DNA of 64,000 nt from Candidatus Woesearchaeota archaeon. GTDB lineage: Archaea > Nanobdellota > Nanobdellia > Woesearchaeales > GCA-023898365. The notes beneath the pieces are model-generated. The model did no database searches, was not told where the DNA came from, and saw nothing but the letters and a program-made list of their open reading frames with translations. Below are positions 36,300-45,656 of the stretch, piece by piece. The stretch's first letter is position 1, and each line of letters begins with the position of its first letter. The position numbers and the translations under genes were made by a program. The stretch spans positions 737,934 through 801,933 of the forward strand of contig CP060219.1 in assembly GCA_023898365.1 (NCBI GenBank). The letters are read 5' to 3'.

Positions 36300-38314
36300 T
36301 ACATCAAGATGATTTGCCCGATAATATTTTTCGCGAACACCGCATAGAACAACCCATATTCTTAGAAGAAGACTTTACCAAAGGAGAAACAACTTTTGGA
36401 CCAAAACAAATAGGAACAACCACCAACCCCATGGCAAGTCCTCTTGAATCATTCAAAGCAAAATTGCGCGAAGGAGTAGGAAAAATAGAATTTGGCTTTC
36501 TTGGTTCAGGAAAAACAAGCAGCCAACAACCTTCGCCAGAAGCAGTCAGCGCAGAAGAACGCTTAGCGCTTAGAAATTTAGTGCGTATCAACAAAGTGCG
36601 CACCTCAACACACGCCGCTGTCCACATGGGTGGACTCGGCGGATTCAACCCAGAATCAGGAAGCTTCTCAGACGCTGCACGTGGACGAACCCTTCGAGAA
36701 ATCGAACGAGCAGTAGACTTCGCTGCTGACGCAACAGACGGCGGCGCCATCGTCTTTCACGTAGGAGAATTTACGCGGCCAGTAAGTGAAATCAAAGAAA
36801 AAACTGGTGACAAACTTTTCGAAACCTACGAAGACGAAGGGAAAACAGGACAAGAACTCATCGTTGACACCACGACAGGAAAAGTCACGGGTCTACCAAA
36901 AGATCAACCAATCATTATTCCGAAGTGGACTTTGGCAAAAGATAAGGGGTTGAAGGTAGGTCAAAAATACGAATCGGTAAATGGAGATCAAGTCGTTCTT
37001 CGAGAAGGAGACTACATTGATCAAATTGGAAGAATCATTCCAAGATATGATCTAAACAATTATGATAAACGTATTCCTGAAGGAGAGCTTAGCAAAGATA
37101 AGTACGAAACTGAAGAACTCAATTGGGAAAAACTAGGTAAGCGTGCCGAACAAGAAAATAAGTACATTGCCCAATGGAATAAAGAACATCCTGATAAGCA
37201 AGTTGCAGAAGTAACTGCAGCGGTGCTTTTTGCTCGATTACAAAAAGAACAACAACTCCTTCAAGCAGAAGGACAAATTAATTATTATCAGCAAGGGTAT
37301 GAAGGATACATAAGGCGATTGGAAGAAGAAAAGAAAATTCCTGAATATGAAAAAGAAATTGAAACATTATCAAAAATTGTTCGTGACGAAAAGGTGCCTC
37401 AGAAAGATAGAGAAAACTATTATCAACGGTTGATTCAACTTCAGAATAGAGTGGATTCAATTCCAGAAGAAGTAAGGGATGCGCGACGTCACTTTAGTCA
37501 CGCTCACGCATCAGTCACTGCTGCTACTGCTCAGCGTGAGCAGGCGAAAAAGGAGTGGAATGCATTACAAGATCCTGAGACGTATGCAGTAAAGCGTGCT
37601 GCGGAAACCATTGCCAAAGTTGGTATGGAAACGTATTACAAAACAAAACAGATCAAACCAAAGGAAGCGTTTTTTGCAGCTCCTGAACATTGGGCGATTG
37701 AAAGTTTTGGTTCGCATCCTGAGGAACTCAAAAAATTGGTGCTTTCTTCTCGTGAACAAATGGTTAAGCAACTTGTCAAAACAGGTGTGAACGAAGAAGA
37801 AGCTAAGAAGCTTGCAAAAACACATATTAAGGCAACGATTGACACGGGTCATTTGAATATGTGGCGCAGTAGGTTTAAGCGCAATCCTGGCGAGTCCGCT
37901 GAAGATCGTGATAAGCGGTATCATAAATGGTATTTGGAACATATGGAAAAGCTTGCGAAGGAAGGCATTGTTGGTCATGCGCACTTGGCTGATAATTTTG
38001 GGTGGGATGATGAACACTTAACTCCTGGTCAAGGTAATGCTCCTATTAAGGAGACGATGAAAATCTTTGAACGGTTTGGCATGAATGATACGGTTGTTGA
38101 ACCGGGTAGTTTTAATCCGCTCACTGCCATGCCCGAAACGTGGCGTATGCTTGGCAGCCCTATTTATGCTGTTTCTCAACCGGGGAGATCTTCGTGGCGC
38201 AGTATTTATCAGGCAGATTCAGGTTTTGGACGTGCTCCATCGCAATATATGCAAGGAGAGTATGTGCCCAGTAAAGAAAACTGGCAGTTATGGAGTCAGA
38301 CTCCTTTGGAATAA
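36296..38314 (+). CDS. Xylose-isomerase-like TIM-barrel (sugar-phosphate isomerase/epimerase, AP-endonuclease-2 fold) split by a ~350-aa coiled-coil-rich insertion
   Basis: N-part ...GGAIVFHVGEF...; C-part IDTGHLNMW ... GHAHLADNFGWDDEHLTPGQGNAPIKE (cf. lDtGH and H.H..D....H..PG.G.i motifs); start ATGA-overlaps upstream stop. Confidence 0.5.
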   Translation: MIHQDDLPDNIFREHRIEQPIFLEEDFTKGETTFGPKQIGTTTNPMASPLESFKAKLREGVGKIEFGFLGSGKTSSQQPSPEAVSAEERLALRNLVRINKVRTSTHAAVHMGGLGGFNPESGSFSDAARGRTLREIERAVDFAADATDGGAIVFHVGEFTRPVSEIKEKTGDKLFETYEDEGKTGQELIVDTTTGKVTGLPKDQPIIIPKWTLAKDKGLKVGQKYESVNGDQVVLREGDYIDQIGRIIPRYDLNNYDKRIPEGELSKDKYETEELNWEKLGKRAEQENKYIAQWNKEHPDKQVAEVTAAVLFARLQKEQQLLQAEGQINYYQQGYEGYIRRLEEEKKIPEYEKEIETLSKIVRDEKVPQKDRENYYQRLIQLQNRVDSIPEEVRDARRHFSHAHASVTAATAQREQAKKEWNALQDPETYAVKRAAETIAKVGMETYYKTKQIKPKEAFFAAPEHWAIESFGSHPEELKKLVLSSREQMVKQLVKTGVNEEEAKKLAKTHIKATIDTGHLNMWRSRFKRNPGESAEDRDKRYHKWYLEHMEKLAKEGIVGHAHLADNFGWDDEHLTPGQGNAPIKETMKIFERFGMNDTVVEPGSFNPLTAMPETWRMLGSPIYAVSQPGRSSWRSIYQADSGFGRAPSQYMQGEYVPSKENWQLWSQTPLE

Positions 38315-38370
38315 TTTTATAAAGTTCATGTGCATTATTTTTTGTTACGAGGTGGGTTTGTGAAGCGATC

Positions 38371-39148
38371 TATGCATACAACGGCGCATAAACATGATAA
38401 GGAAGCTATTACGCTTGCGTATGAATTTGCAAAACACTTACATCGTGAAGTGCATGATTTTGTAAAGGCCATTGTGCTTTTTGGTTCTCAAGCAAAATCA
38501 AACAAGCCCGGTCATGACATTGACCTTCTCATTGTTGTTGATGATGTTGCGGTGCATATTGATGATGAAACTGCAGAAGCCTATCGCATTATTGTTGAAA
38601 AAATTATGCTCAAAGTTAGTAAACGTTTGCATGTGACTACTTTGCGTTTTACTTCCTTCTGGGAATATGTGCGAAGCGGTGATCCTGTTGCTATGAACAT
38701 GCTGCGCGATGGGTTACCCTTAATTGACACGGGTTTTTTTGAACCTTTGCAACTCTTACTCAAACAGGGAAGAATATTTCCAAGTGAAGAAACAATGTGG
38801 TTGTACTTGCAACGCGCAAAAAACAGTTTGCAAAATTCTCAAAAACGTATTGGCGGCGCACTTGTTGATTTGTATTGGGGGGTTGTTGATGCAGCCCACG
38901 CAGCGCTTATGCGACTCAATGTTTCTCCCCCTTCACCTCTGCACATTCCTGCATTGCTTGAAAAAGAAATGGTGGCAAAAAGTTACTTAACAAAGGCAGA
39001 TGTTGAGCTTTACAAAACGTTGTATGCTATTTCAAAACGTGTTGAACAAGGAAGAAATGATTTTCGCTCATCAGATTTTGAAGAATTATCACATAAAGCA
39101 AAACTCTTTGTTGAAAAAATTGATCACTTTCTTAGCGGAAGACCTTGA
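38371..39148 (+). CDS. Minimal nucleotidyltransferase (Pol-beta superfamily) with helical C-terminal (HEPN-like?) domain
   Basis: AIVLFGSQAKSNKPGHDIDLLIVVDD = GS...D.D NTase motif; ATG 38371 (GTG alternatives 38330/38359 in track). Confidence 0.65.
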
Positions 39149-39167
39149 ATAACAAAACCAGATTCTT

Positions 39168-39743
39168 TCACTCTCTTTCTCTGTAGCGATATACTGCTTT
39201 GCGGATGGCAAGATCTCCAGCGTTTGTGCGAAATCGTCGATTGAATTCTTCGGTGATGCGCAGTATGTCTCTGCGGTTGTTACCTATAGCATACTCAGGA
39301 TCTTCTGCTCGTTCTCGAACAAACGCGATGCGAGTTGGTGTCCAGTTGAGATATCCTCTTGCTTGATGTCCTTTTTTTCCAAATTCAGACATTTTTTCTG
39401 GATGTCGCTTTTTATAGTCTGCAAGATGACGAGAAACTTTTTTGCCGGTTGCCTGCGCAACACGTTCATTTGCCAGTGCTCGTTCTTCGTCGGTGAGAAG
39501 GCCTTTGTACGGAGTTCTTCTTCCTTTGCGAAAACTCCCATCGTATCCTCGTAAAGCAAATTTCACGGCGGAACACGCAAGAGGAAAATTAACTTGATAT
39601 GTATCGGTGAGTCCAAGAATGTTTACTATTTCTCCACTTGAAAACCCTGCAACTTTCATATCGCCAACAAGAGGAAACGTGTCTGCAATTCTTTTTCCGA
39701 TTCCGATCGCTTTGTTAATGGCAAATATTTGTTCAAGTTCCAT
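39168..39743 (-). CDS. Hypothetical basic protein
   Basis: 191 aa, Arg-rich C-terminus (possible nucleic-acid binding); ATG 39743. Confidence 0.45.
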   Translation of the reverse strand: MELEQIFAINKAIGIGKRIADTFPLVGDMKVAGFSSGEIVNILGLTDTYQVNFPLACSAVKFALRGYDGSFRKGRRTPYKGLLTDEERALANERVAQATGKKVSRHLADYKKRHPEKMSEFGKKGHQARGYLNWTPTRIAFVRERAEDPEYAIGNNRRDILRITEEFNRRFRTNAGDLAIRKAVYRYRERE

Positions 39744-39763
39744 ATTGCATAGAAAAAACTCTT

Positions 39764-42055
39764 CTAGCCATAGTAACTGGGGAGCTGGTCCTTCATTTCT
39801 TTGGCTTTTGCTTTGGTAAACTGCGTTTTGAGTTCTTCATACATTTTTTCAATTTCTGGCGTTACTGACGATGTTACTTTTTTGAGCGCCTCATCGAAGT
39901 CTTCTTGGGTAACATTTCCTGTTTTCATATCGCGGCGTAATGCCATAATTGCTGCTTCTCGACAGAGTGATTCAATGTCTGCGCCAACGTAGCCTTTTGT
40001 TGCAGCCACCATTTTTTTCAGATCAATTTCATCGGTAGGGATGTTTTTGAGGTGGACTTTGAAAATTTCTTCTCTTGCTTTTTCATCAGGTGCCGTGACA
40101 AGGACAATTCTGTCAAACCGTCCCGGTCGCAGAAGTGCAGGATCTAAAATGTCTGGTCTGTTTGTTGCCCCAATCACGATAACATCATTTAAGTCTTGCA
40201 AGCCACCCATTTCGGTTAAGAGTTGATTAATAATGGAGTCATAATATTGCGCGCTGTTGTTTTGCAATCCTCTGCGCGTTGCGATGGCGTCGATTTCATC
40301 AAAGAAAATTATTGAAGGTGATGTTTGTCGTGCTTTTTTGAAAATGTTACGAATACCTTTTTCGGTTTCGCCAATGTACATGTTCATTAATTCTGGACCT
40401 TTAATGGAGATAAAGTTTGCTTCACTCTCATTAGCAACAGCTTTTGCAAGCATAGTTTTTCCCGTGCCTGGTGGTCCATAAAGCAGAATGCCTCGTGGCG
40501 GTTTAATACCGAGTCGTAAGAAACCTTCTTTGTTGTTTAGTGGCCATTCAACTGCTTCTTTAAGTTCTTGTTTGACTGTTTCTAATCCGCCAACATCATC
40601 CCATTTCACATTTGGTACTTCAACGAGCACTTCGCGAAGTGCAGATGGACGGACTACTTTGAGTGCTTCAAGAAAGTCATTCATCGTAATACGCATCTTT
40701 TCAAGTGACTCTCGAGGAATACTTTCTGTCTCGTCAAGTTTTAAGTCAGGTAAGATTCTTCGAAGAACGATCATTGCTGCTTCTTTAGCGAGGCTGTATA
40801 AGTCTGCGCCAACAAAACCATGGGTGATCTCTGAAATTTTTTCTAAGGAAACATTTTTGTGCAAGGGCATGTTTCTGGTGTGGATCTTGAGAATGTTTAA
40901 TCGTCCTTCTTTTCCTGGCACGCCAATTTCGATTTCTCGATCGAATCGTCCGGGTCTGCGAAGTGCGGGATCAATTTGATTTGGGATGTTGGTTGCTGCA
41001 ATAACGACAACTTTTCCTCTGCTCTTCAATCCATCCATCGTGGTGAGCATTTGCGCGACGACTCGTCGTTCAACTTCTCCTTTGGATTCTTCACGTTTTG
41101 GCGCGATCGCGTCGATTTCGTCAATGAAGATGATTGATGGCGCATTTTTTTCTGCTTCTTCAAATTTCTTTCTTATGTTTTGTTCACTTTCGCCGTAGAA
41201 TTTACTCATAACTTCTGGTCCGTTGATCAGAATAAAGTTACTGTTTGTTTCATTTGCGATTGCTTTTGCAAGCAACGTTTTTCCTGTGCCTGGTGGGCCA
41301 TGGAGTAAGACGCCTTTTGGTGCGTCAATGCCGAGTGCTTCGAAAACTTCAGGATGTTTTAATGGTAATTCTACCATTTCGCGAATTTTTGAGAGTTCTT
41401 CGTCAAGGCCACCAATATCTTCATATGAAATATCTGGCACGACCGTGTCTTCTTTGAGTTCTACTGCTTGCGGGTTGTATTCAATTTCTGTATGTTCAGT
41501 AATTAAGACTGCGCCTTTTGGTTGTGTGTCAACGACGATGAATTTGAGGTCGCCCAATCCAAAATTAAGAAGATCTTTATCTAGTCTGCTAAAAATTTCA
41601 TCAAAGTAAGGCGTGCCGGTCATCGTGGTGCGTCGGCGTTTTGCTCCGCCTAAACTAACAATATCTCCTTTGATGACTGCTCTGCCAAGAAGTCCTTGTT
41701 TGAAAATGACTGGTGAGGCGCGCACGAGAATGCCTTCGCGGGCGGGTGCGATAAAGACTTTTTTTGCATCTTTTACTTCTGCTGGTTTGACTTTGACCAT
41801 TTCACCAATGGAGGTTTTTGCGTTTCGTCGAACAACACCATCCATGCGAATGATGGGGAACCCAATGTCTCCTGGGAGGCTTCGGTCAACAATGCCAACG
41901 GTGCTGCGTTCGCCAATGATTTCGACGATATTGCCTGGTCTGATGTCGAGTTCTCGCATGAAGGAGGAATCAACTCTGACAATGCCTTTGTTGACATCAT
42001 CTTGGATACTTTCGACTACTTTTAATTCAACATGTTCAGGCTTTTTTTCCGTCAT
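39764..42055 (-). CDS. cdc48: CDC48/VCP-like AAA+ ATPase (N-domain + two AAA domains)
   Basis: 763 aa; two Walker A GPPGTGKT(L/M)LAKA, two Walker B ([11 protein letters not shown]; [11 protein letters not shown]), CDC48 N-domain; + strand ORFs 40041-42080 are antisense artefacts. Confidence 0.95.
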   Translation of the reverse strand: MTEKKPEHVELKVVESIQDDVNKGIVRVDSSFMRELDIRPGNIVEIIGERSTVGIVDRSLPGDIGFPIIRMDGVVRRNAKTSIGEMVKVKPAEVKDAKKVFIAPAREGILVRASPVIFKQGLLGRAVIKGDIVSLGGAKRRRTTMTGTPYFDEIFSRLDKDLLNFGLGDLKFIVVDTQPKGAVLITEHTEIEYNPQAVELKEDTVVPDISYEDIGGLDEELSKIREMVELPLKHPEVFEALGIDAPKGVLLHGPPGTGKTLLAKAIANETNSNFILINGPEVMSKFYGESEQNIRKKFEEAEKNAPSIIFIDEIDAIAPKREESKGEVERRVVAQMLTTMDGLKSRGKVVVIAATNIPNQIDPALRRPGRFDREIEIGVPGKEGRLNILKIHTRNMPLHKNVSLEKISEITHGFVGADLYSLAKEAAMIVLRRILPDLKLDETESIPRESLEKMRITMNDFLEALKVVRPSALREVLVEVPNVKWDDVGGLETVKQELKEAVEWPLNNKEGFLRLGIKPPRGILLYGPPGTGKTMLAKAVANESEANFISIKGPELMNMYIGETEKGIRNIFKKARQTSPSIIFFDEIDAIATRRGLQNNSAQYYDSIINQLLTEMGGLQDLNDVIVIGATNRPDILDPALLRPGRFDRIVLVTAPDEKAREEIFKVHLKNIPTDEIDLKKMVAATKGYVGADIESLCREAAIMALRRDMKTGNVTQEDFDEALKKVTSSVTPEIEKMYEELKTQFTKAKAKEMKDQLPSYYG

Positions 42056-42119
42056 AGTAAACCACCAGTGTTATTTCTAGCTGGAATCGATCTGGGTTTA
42101 AAAAGGTTAAGAAAAAAAT

Positions 42120-42539
42120 TTATTTCTTTGCTTCTTTAAAGCTCACGCCACTTAAGCGAATAGGGCTTGGCAATCCAATATCTTTTGCAAGGCCAATTCC
42201 TTGTACGTTACAGTGGTAGAGAACGTAATCAAGCACTTCTTTGACTACTTCTTTTGGAAGCGGAGCTTTGCTGTCTGCTTTTTTAAGTAAATCTTCTGCT
42301 TTTTTTGTTTCAGCAAAATACAAGAGGTCTCCGATAAGTACGATTTCAGCAACGTCTGGTTCGTATTCAGCTTTCCACGTAAACTCAATTCTAATAGGTA
42401 TATTATTTTCTGGTACGCGAGCTGTCGTTTTGGCTATTTTTCCAAGCTCAACACCTGTCTTGATGTTTTTAAGTGCTCGTGGGTCACTTTTTTTCTTTGT
42501 TCCGCTAATTTTTGCAAAGCTTAGTCCTGCGATGGGCAT
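42120..42539 (-). CDS. Hypothetical protein
   Basis: Start placed at MPIAGLSF (ATG 42539, AAGGTGAT 5 nt upstream), immediately after the upstream stop; longest ORF runs to 42665. Confidence 0.45.
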   Translation of the reverse strand: MPIAGLSFAKISGTKKKSDPRALKNIKTGVELGKIAKTTARVPENNIPIRIEFTWKAEYEPDVAEIVLIGDLLYFAETKKAEDLLKKADSKAPLPKEVVKEVLDYVLYHCNVQGIGLAKDIGLPSPIRLSGVSFKEAKK

Positions 42540-42543
42540 GGTA

Positions 42544-42861
42544 TCACCTTTGTAGTTTAACAGCTGTTCCGTAGGCAAGCACTTCTGCCGCACCTGGCAT
42601 AACTTCTGCAGTGACCAGTCGCATGCAAATGATTGCATCAGCGTTAAGTTCTTTTGCTTGTGCAATCATGCGATCAAGTGCTTCTTCTCGCGCTTCGTTA
42701 ATCATCGACGTGTAGCTTTTTATTTCTCCACCAATGAGGGTTTTAAATCCTGCCATGATGTCTCTACCTATGTGCTTGGCTCTAATAGTGCTGCCTCGCA
42801 CAACGCCGAGGATTTTCGTTGCCTTTTTTCCCGGAATAGTTTCTGTTGTTGTAATAATCAT
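42544..42861 (-). CDS. YbjQ/UPF0145 (DUF74) family protein
   Basis: 105 aa; MIITTTETIPGKKATKILGVVRGSTIRAKHIGRDIMAGFKTLIGGEI...EEALDRMIAQAKELNADAIICMRL characteristic of UPF0145. Confidence 0.7.
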   Translation of the reverse strand: MIITTTETIPGKKATKILGVVRGSTIRAKHIGRDIMAGFKTLIGGEIKSYTSMINEAREEALDRMIAQAKELNADAIICMRLVTAEVMPGAAEVLAYGTAVKLQR

Positions 42862-42952
42862 TACGTTCTTGGAACCTGTTCTTCAATAAAAAGCTTTCGT
42901 AAATAGTCCAGAATACAAAAGTTTAAAAAAAGGTTACTACTCAAGAAGAAGT

Positions 42953-45595
42953 ATGGGGGTTGCGATCGAACGATTTGTAGATGGGGGTTCTGTTTCTCAA
43001 AAAGGTTTGGAAGATAGAGTGAAAGCTTTTGTTCTTGACACGAATGAACTCATTAACGATCCTACAGTTATCGAATCTCTTGGAAAGGATAATGTTATTG
43101 TTCTTCCAAAAATGGTTCTTGAAGAACTCGACAAATTAAAAATATCTACTGGTCCCGCTCGTTCTGCAGCAATCGAATTTTGGCAATATTACGATCGATT
43201 AACACAAGGTCTTGAGACAAGATCTGAGCTTGTTGGTCATAATAAAATTAATTCTATTATGACGTTACCAACCGGTTTGCGCATAGTAACTTTTGATTAT
43301 GCTTCTCGACGATCAGAACTTGCAGTTAACACGCCGCCTGATGACGCCATCATTAAATCTGCTGAGTTGTTAAACGAGGCTTTGAAATCTCTCTATGCTT
43401 CAGAAGAAGGTGAAGAGAAGAAGGAAATCTCTCCTGAAGAAGAAGAAAGAGAAAAAGAAATTGCTTCTGCTCGTGAGGTTATGAACGCGCTTGGAAACAT
43501 TTCTGCTGTTGAAGTTATTTCAGAAGATAGGGGTTTACGTTCACTTGCACGAGGAAGGGGTCTTCGAGCAGAACCTTTACTTCAAGAGCAGCGATACTAT
43601 GAGCCTCGGTCTGAACGGGAACATAATCTAGTATATTTGCTTGCAGGAACTGATGCTGGATTTACCAAAAGACATCCTGATGCAGTTGTTATAGAAGATC
43701 CTGAGCTTCATGCTCGTTTTTTTCATGACTTGAAACCAAAGCGAGATTCTTTTTATGCTGATAAGGTCTCCAAAGATCATACAAAACAACCTTCTTTTGT
43801 CGTGCTTACTGACCCTGCTGGTGTAAAAAGATATTTTCGCCTCGTGAAAGGAGTTGTTGATTCAGAAAATATGTACGTTGATATGCCTATCAATATCGTG
43901 CCTACTCGCTCAGGGCATCGTATTTTTCAAAAGATTGCGGGAGGAAAACTTCCACATAGTTCTCTCTTTAGTGAAGGCATGATTAATATTGTTTCTTCAA
44001 GAACTGATCCGAACAGCACTTCAGCATTTTTTGTAGTTGTGGAAAAAGCAGGAAGGCAGAAAAAAATTATTACTGTTTCTCCCGAAGCATTACCAAAAAG
44101 AAAAAACAATGCAATAATGGGTTCTATAAAGCGAGAACTTACTCAAAGAAATCTTCTTGCTAAACGATATCCAATAGATGTTGATCCAAACGGTTTTTTA
44201 GTCTTGCTTAGAAATGGTGGCAGAGAAGAAGTTATATTGATGAAAACTGACGGACATTATGAAGTTGTGCGTGACCCTTACAATCGACCTCTTGGTGCAA
44301 CGCCTCCTTCTCAAGATCATGAAGGATTTCCCGGTATAACTCCTCGAAACAGAGAACAGGCAATTCTCCTCGCAGCTCTTACGAACAATTATAATCTCAC
44401 CAATTTTCCAAATAAGATATTTGCAATTGAAGGTCCCGCTGGTTGCGGAAAGACGCTTCTTGCATTTGCAGCAGCGTTATATCGTCAAGCAATGTCTCTA
44501 AAAATTTCTTCTAAAGCTGCTCTTGGAAAAAAATTAAATGATCTTGAAGATAAACTAGATGATGCGCGTTCAGATGCTGAGAAAGCACACGCACATTTCT
44601 ATCATCGTCATGAACCAAAGAAAACCTTGACCAATAAAGCCGATAAAGAGTTCATTGCAAAATTAAAGGATTCCTTAGGTGTTCGGTGGGATGAGTATTA
44701 TACAAATTTTAGACTTATTGTGGAACGTGCTCACGAAGTTGAACAAAGTTCGCAAGGCCCTTCCCATAAGAGAAAGAAACGCACGAGTTATTATGTGAAA
44801 AGAAGACATGCTCCAAGTGGAAAAATGGTTTCCTGTCTTGACTTTGAAAAGTTTTTTGAGCAGCAGGGTTTGAGCGGTGGGCGTTTATCAAGAGTGGATG
44901 TTTCTGACATAAATGAATATGTACGACTAGAACAACTGCTAATTGATGATGCCTATGAACGAGGAATCTATCGAAAAGAAAAAAAAGTTGCCGAACTTTC
45001 AGAAGAAATTGAACGAGTTAAGTTACAGCTCAAAGATGCTCCTGAAGAATCGCAGCCATTGAAAGTTTACTTGGTCAAACCATCTATTCATGCTGAAGGA
45101 GAAGATCATGGGTTCCTTCCTGGTGATAAGGCGAAAAAAACTGCTCCGTGGCAAGGAAATTATCGAGATTTGTTTGAAAAAATTGTTGGCTGGTTTGGCT
45201 CTGTCGATAAAGGCGGGTTGTTGCCGTTTGGTACCTATGATGCTTATGTGAACAGTGGTTTGCTTGAATTTTCTATTCTCACCGAATTGATGAGTAAGTC
45301 GCTTGACAATTCAATAGTTCTTGTTGATGAAGCGCAGGACATTCGACGAAAGCAACTGAAAGATGCAGTTTTAACAAGACTGGGTTATAATTCGTCTGCC
45401 ATTCTCACCGGCGATCATCTGCAAGTGCATCATCAAGGATTGTCTCGAGGAAAAGGAACTGAAATAGGATTAAAGCATGTAGTTAATACGTTTTTGGATG
45501 ATCCTGATTTGCGTGACGATCGCAAATACTTTGCTCACGTTAATTTGTGGCGAATTGAGCGAAGCGAATTGGCAAAACTCGCCGTCAAATTTTAA
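42953..45595 (+). CDS. PIN-PhoH (YlaK-like) ATPase, double length because of large insertions
   Basis: N-terminal PIN (FVLDTNELINDP...VIVLPKMVLEELDKLK); Walker A FAIEGPAGCGKTLLA (res ~490); Walker B/PhoH motif IVLVDEAQDI...ILTGDHLQ (res ~790); ~250-aa helical insertion between them. Confidence 0.75.
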   Translation: MGVAIERFVDGGSVSQKGLEDRVKAFVLDTNELINDPTVIESLGKDNVIVLPKMVLEELDKLKISTGPARSAAIEFWQYYDRLTQGLETRSELVGHNKINSIMTLPTGLRIVTFDYASRRSELAVNTPPDDAIIKSAELLNEALKSLYASEEGEEKKEISPEEEEREKEIASAREVMNALGNISAVEVISEDRGLRSLARGRGLRAEPLLQEQRYYEPRSEREHNLVYLLAGTDAGFTKRHPDAVVIEDPELHARFFHDLKPKRDSFYADKVSKDHTKQPSFVVLTDPAGVKRYFRLVKGVVDSENMYVDMPINIVPTRSGHRIFQKIAGGKLPHSSLFSEGMINIVSSRTDPNSTSAFFVVVEKAGRQKKIITVSPEALPKRKNNAIMGSIKRELTQRNLLAKRYPIDVDPNGFLVLLRNGGREEVILMKTDGHYEVVRDPYNRPLGATPPSQDHEGFPGITPRNREQAILLAALTNNYNLTNFPNKIFAIEGPAGCGKTLLAFAAALYRQAMSLKISSKAALGKKLNDLEDKLDDARSDAEKAHAHFYHRHEPKKTLTNKADKEFIAKLKDSLGVRWDEYYTNFRLIVERAHEVEQSSQGPSHKRKKRTSYYVKRRHAPSGKMVSCLDFEKFFEQQGLSGGRLSRVDVSDINEYVRLEQLLIDDAYERGIYRKEKKVAELSEEIERVKLQLKDAPEESQPLKVYLVKPSIHAEGEDHGFLPGDKAKKTAPWQGNYRDLFEKIVGWFGSVDKGGLLPFGTYDAYVNSGLLEFSILTELMSKSLDNSIVLVDEAQDIRRKQLKDAVLTRLGYNSSAILTGDHLQVHHQGLSRGKGTEIGLKHVVNTFLDDPDLRDDRKYFAHVNLWRIERSELAKLAVKF

Positions 45596-45656
45596 GTTTC
45601 TTAACTGGTCACGTCGATTCGTAAGGTTTATAATATCTGTTTGTTTTATTGGATGT

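Noticed and set aside
40041-42080. Series of Ser/Thr/Pro-rich + strand ORFs
   Set aside because: Antisense to the CDC48 AAA ATPase gene.
45498-45656. Upstream extension of the subtilase ORF (track start 45498)
   Set aside because: Overlaps the 3' end of the PIN-PhoH gene. A TATA element at 45626-45635 and a signal peptide beginning at ATG 45657 support the shorter leaderless start.
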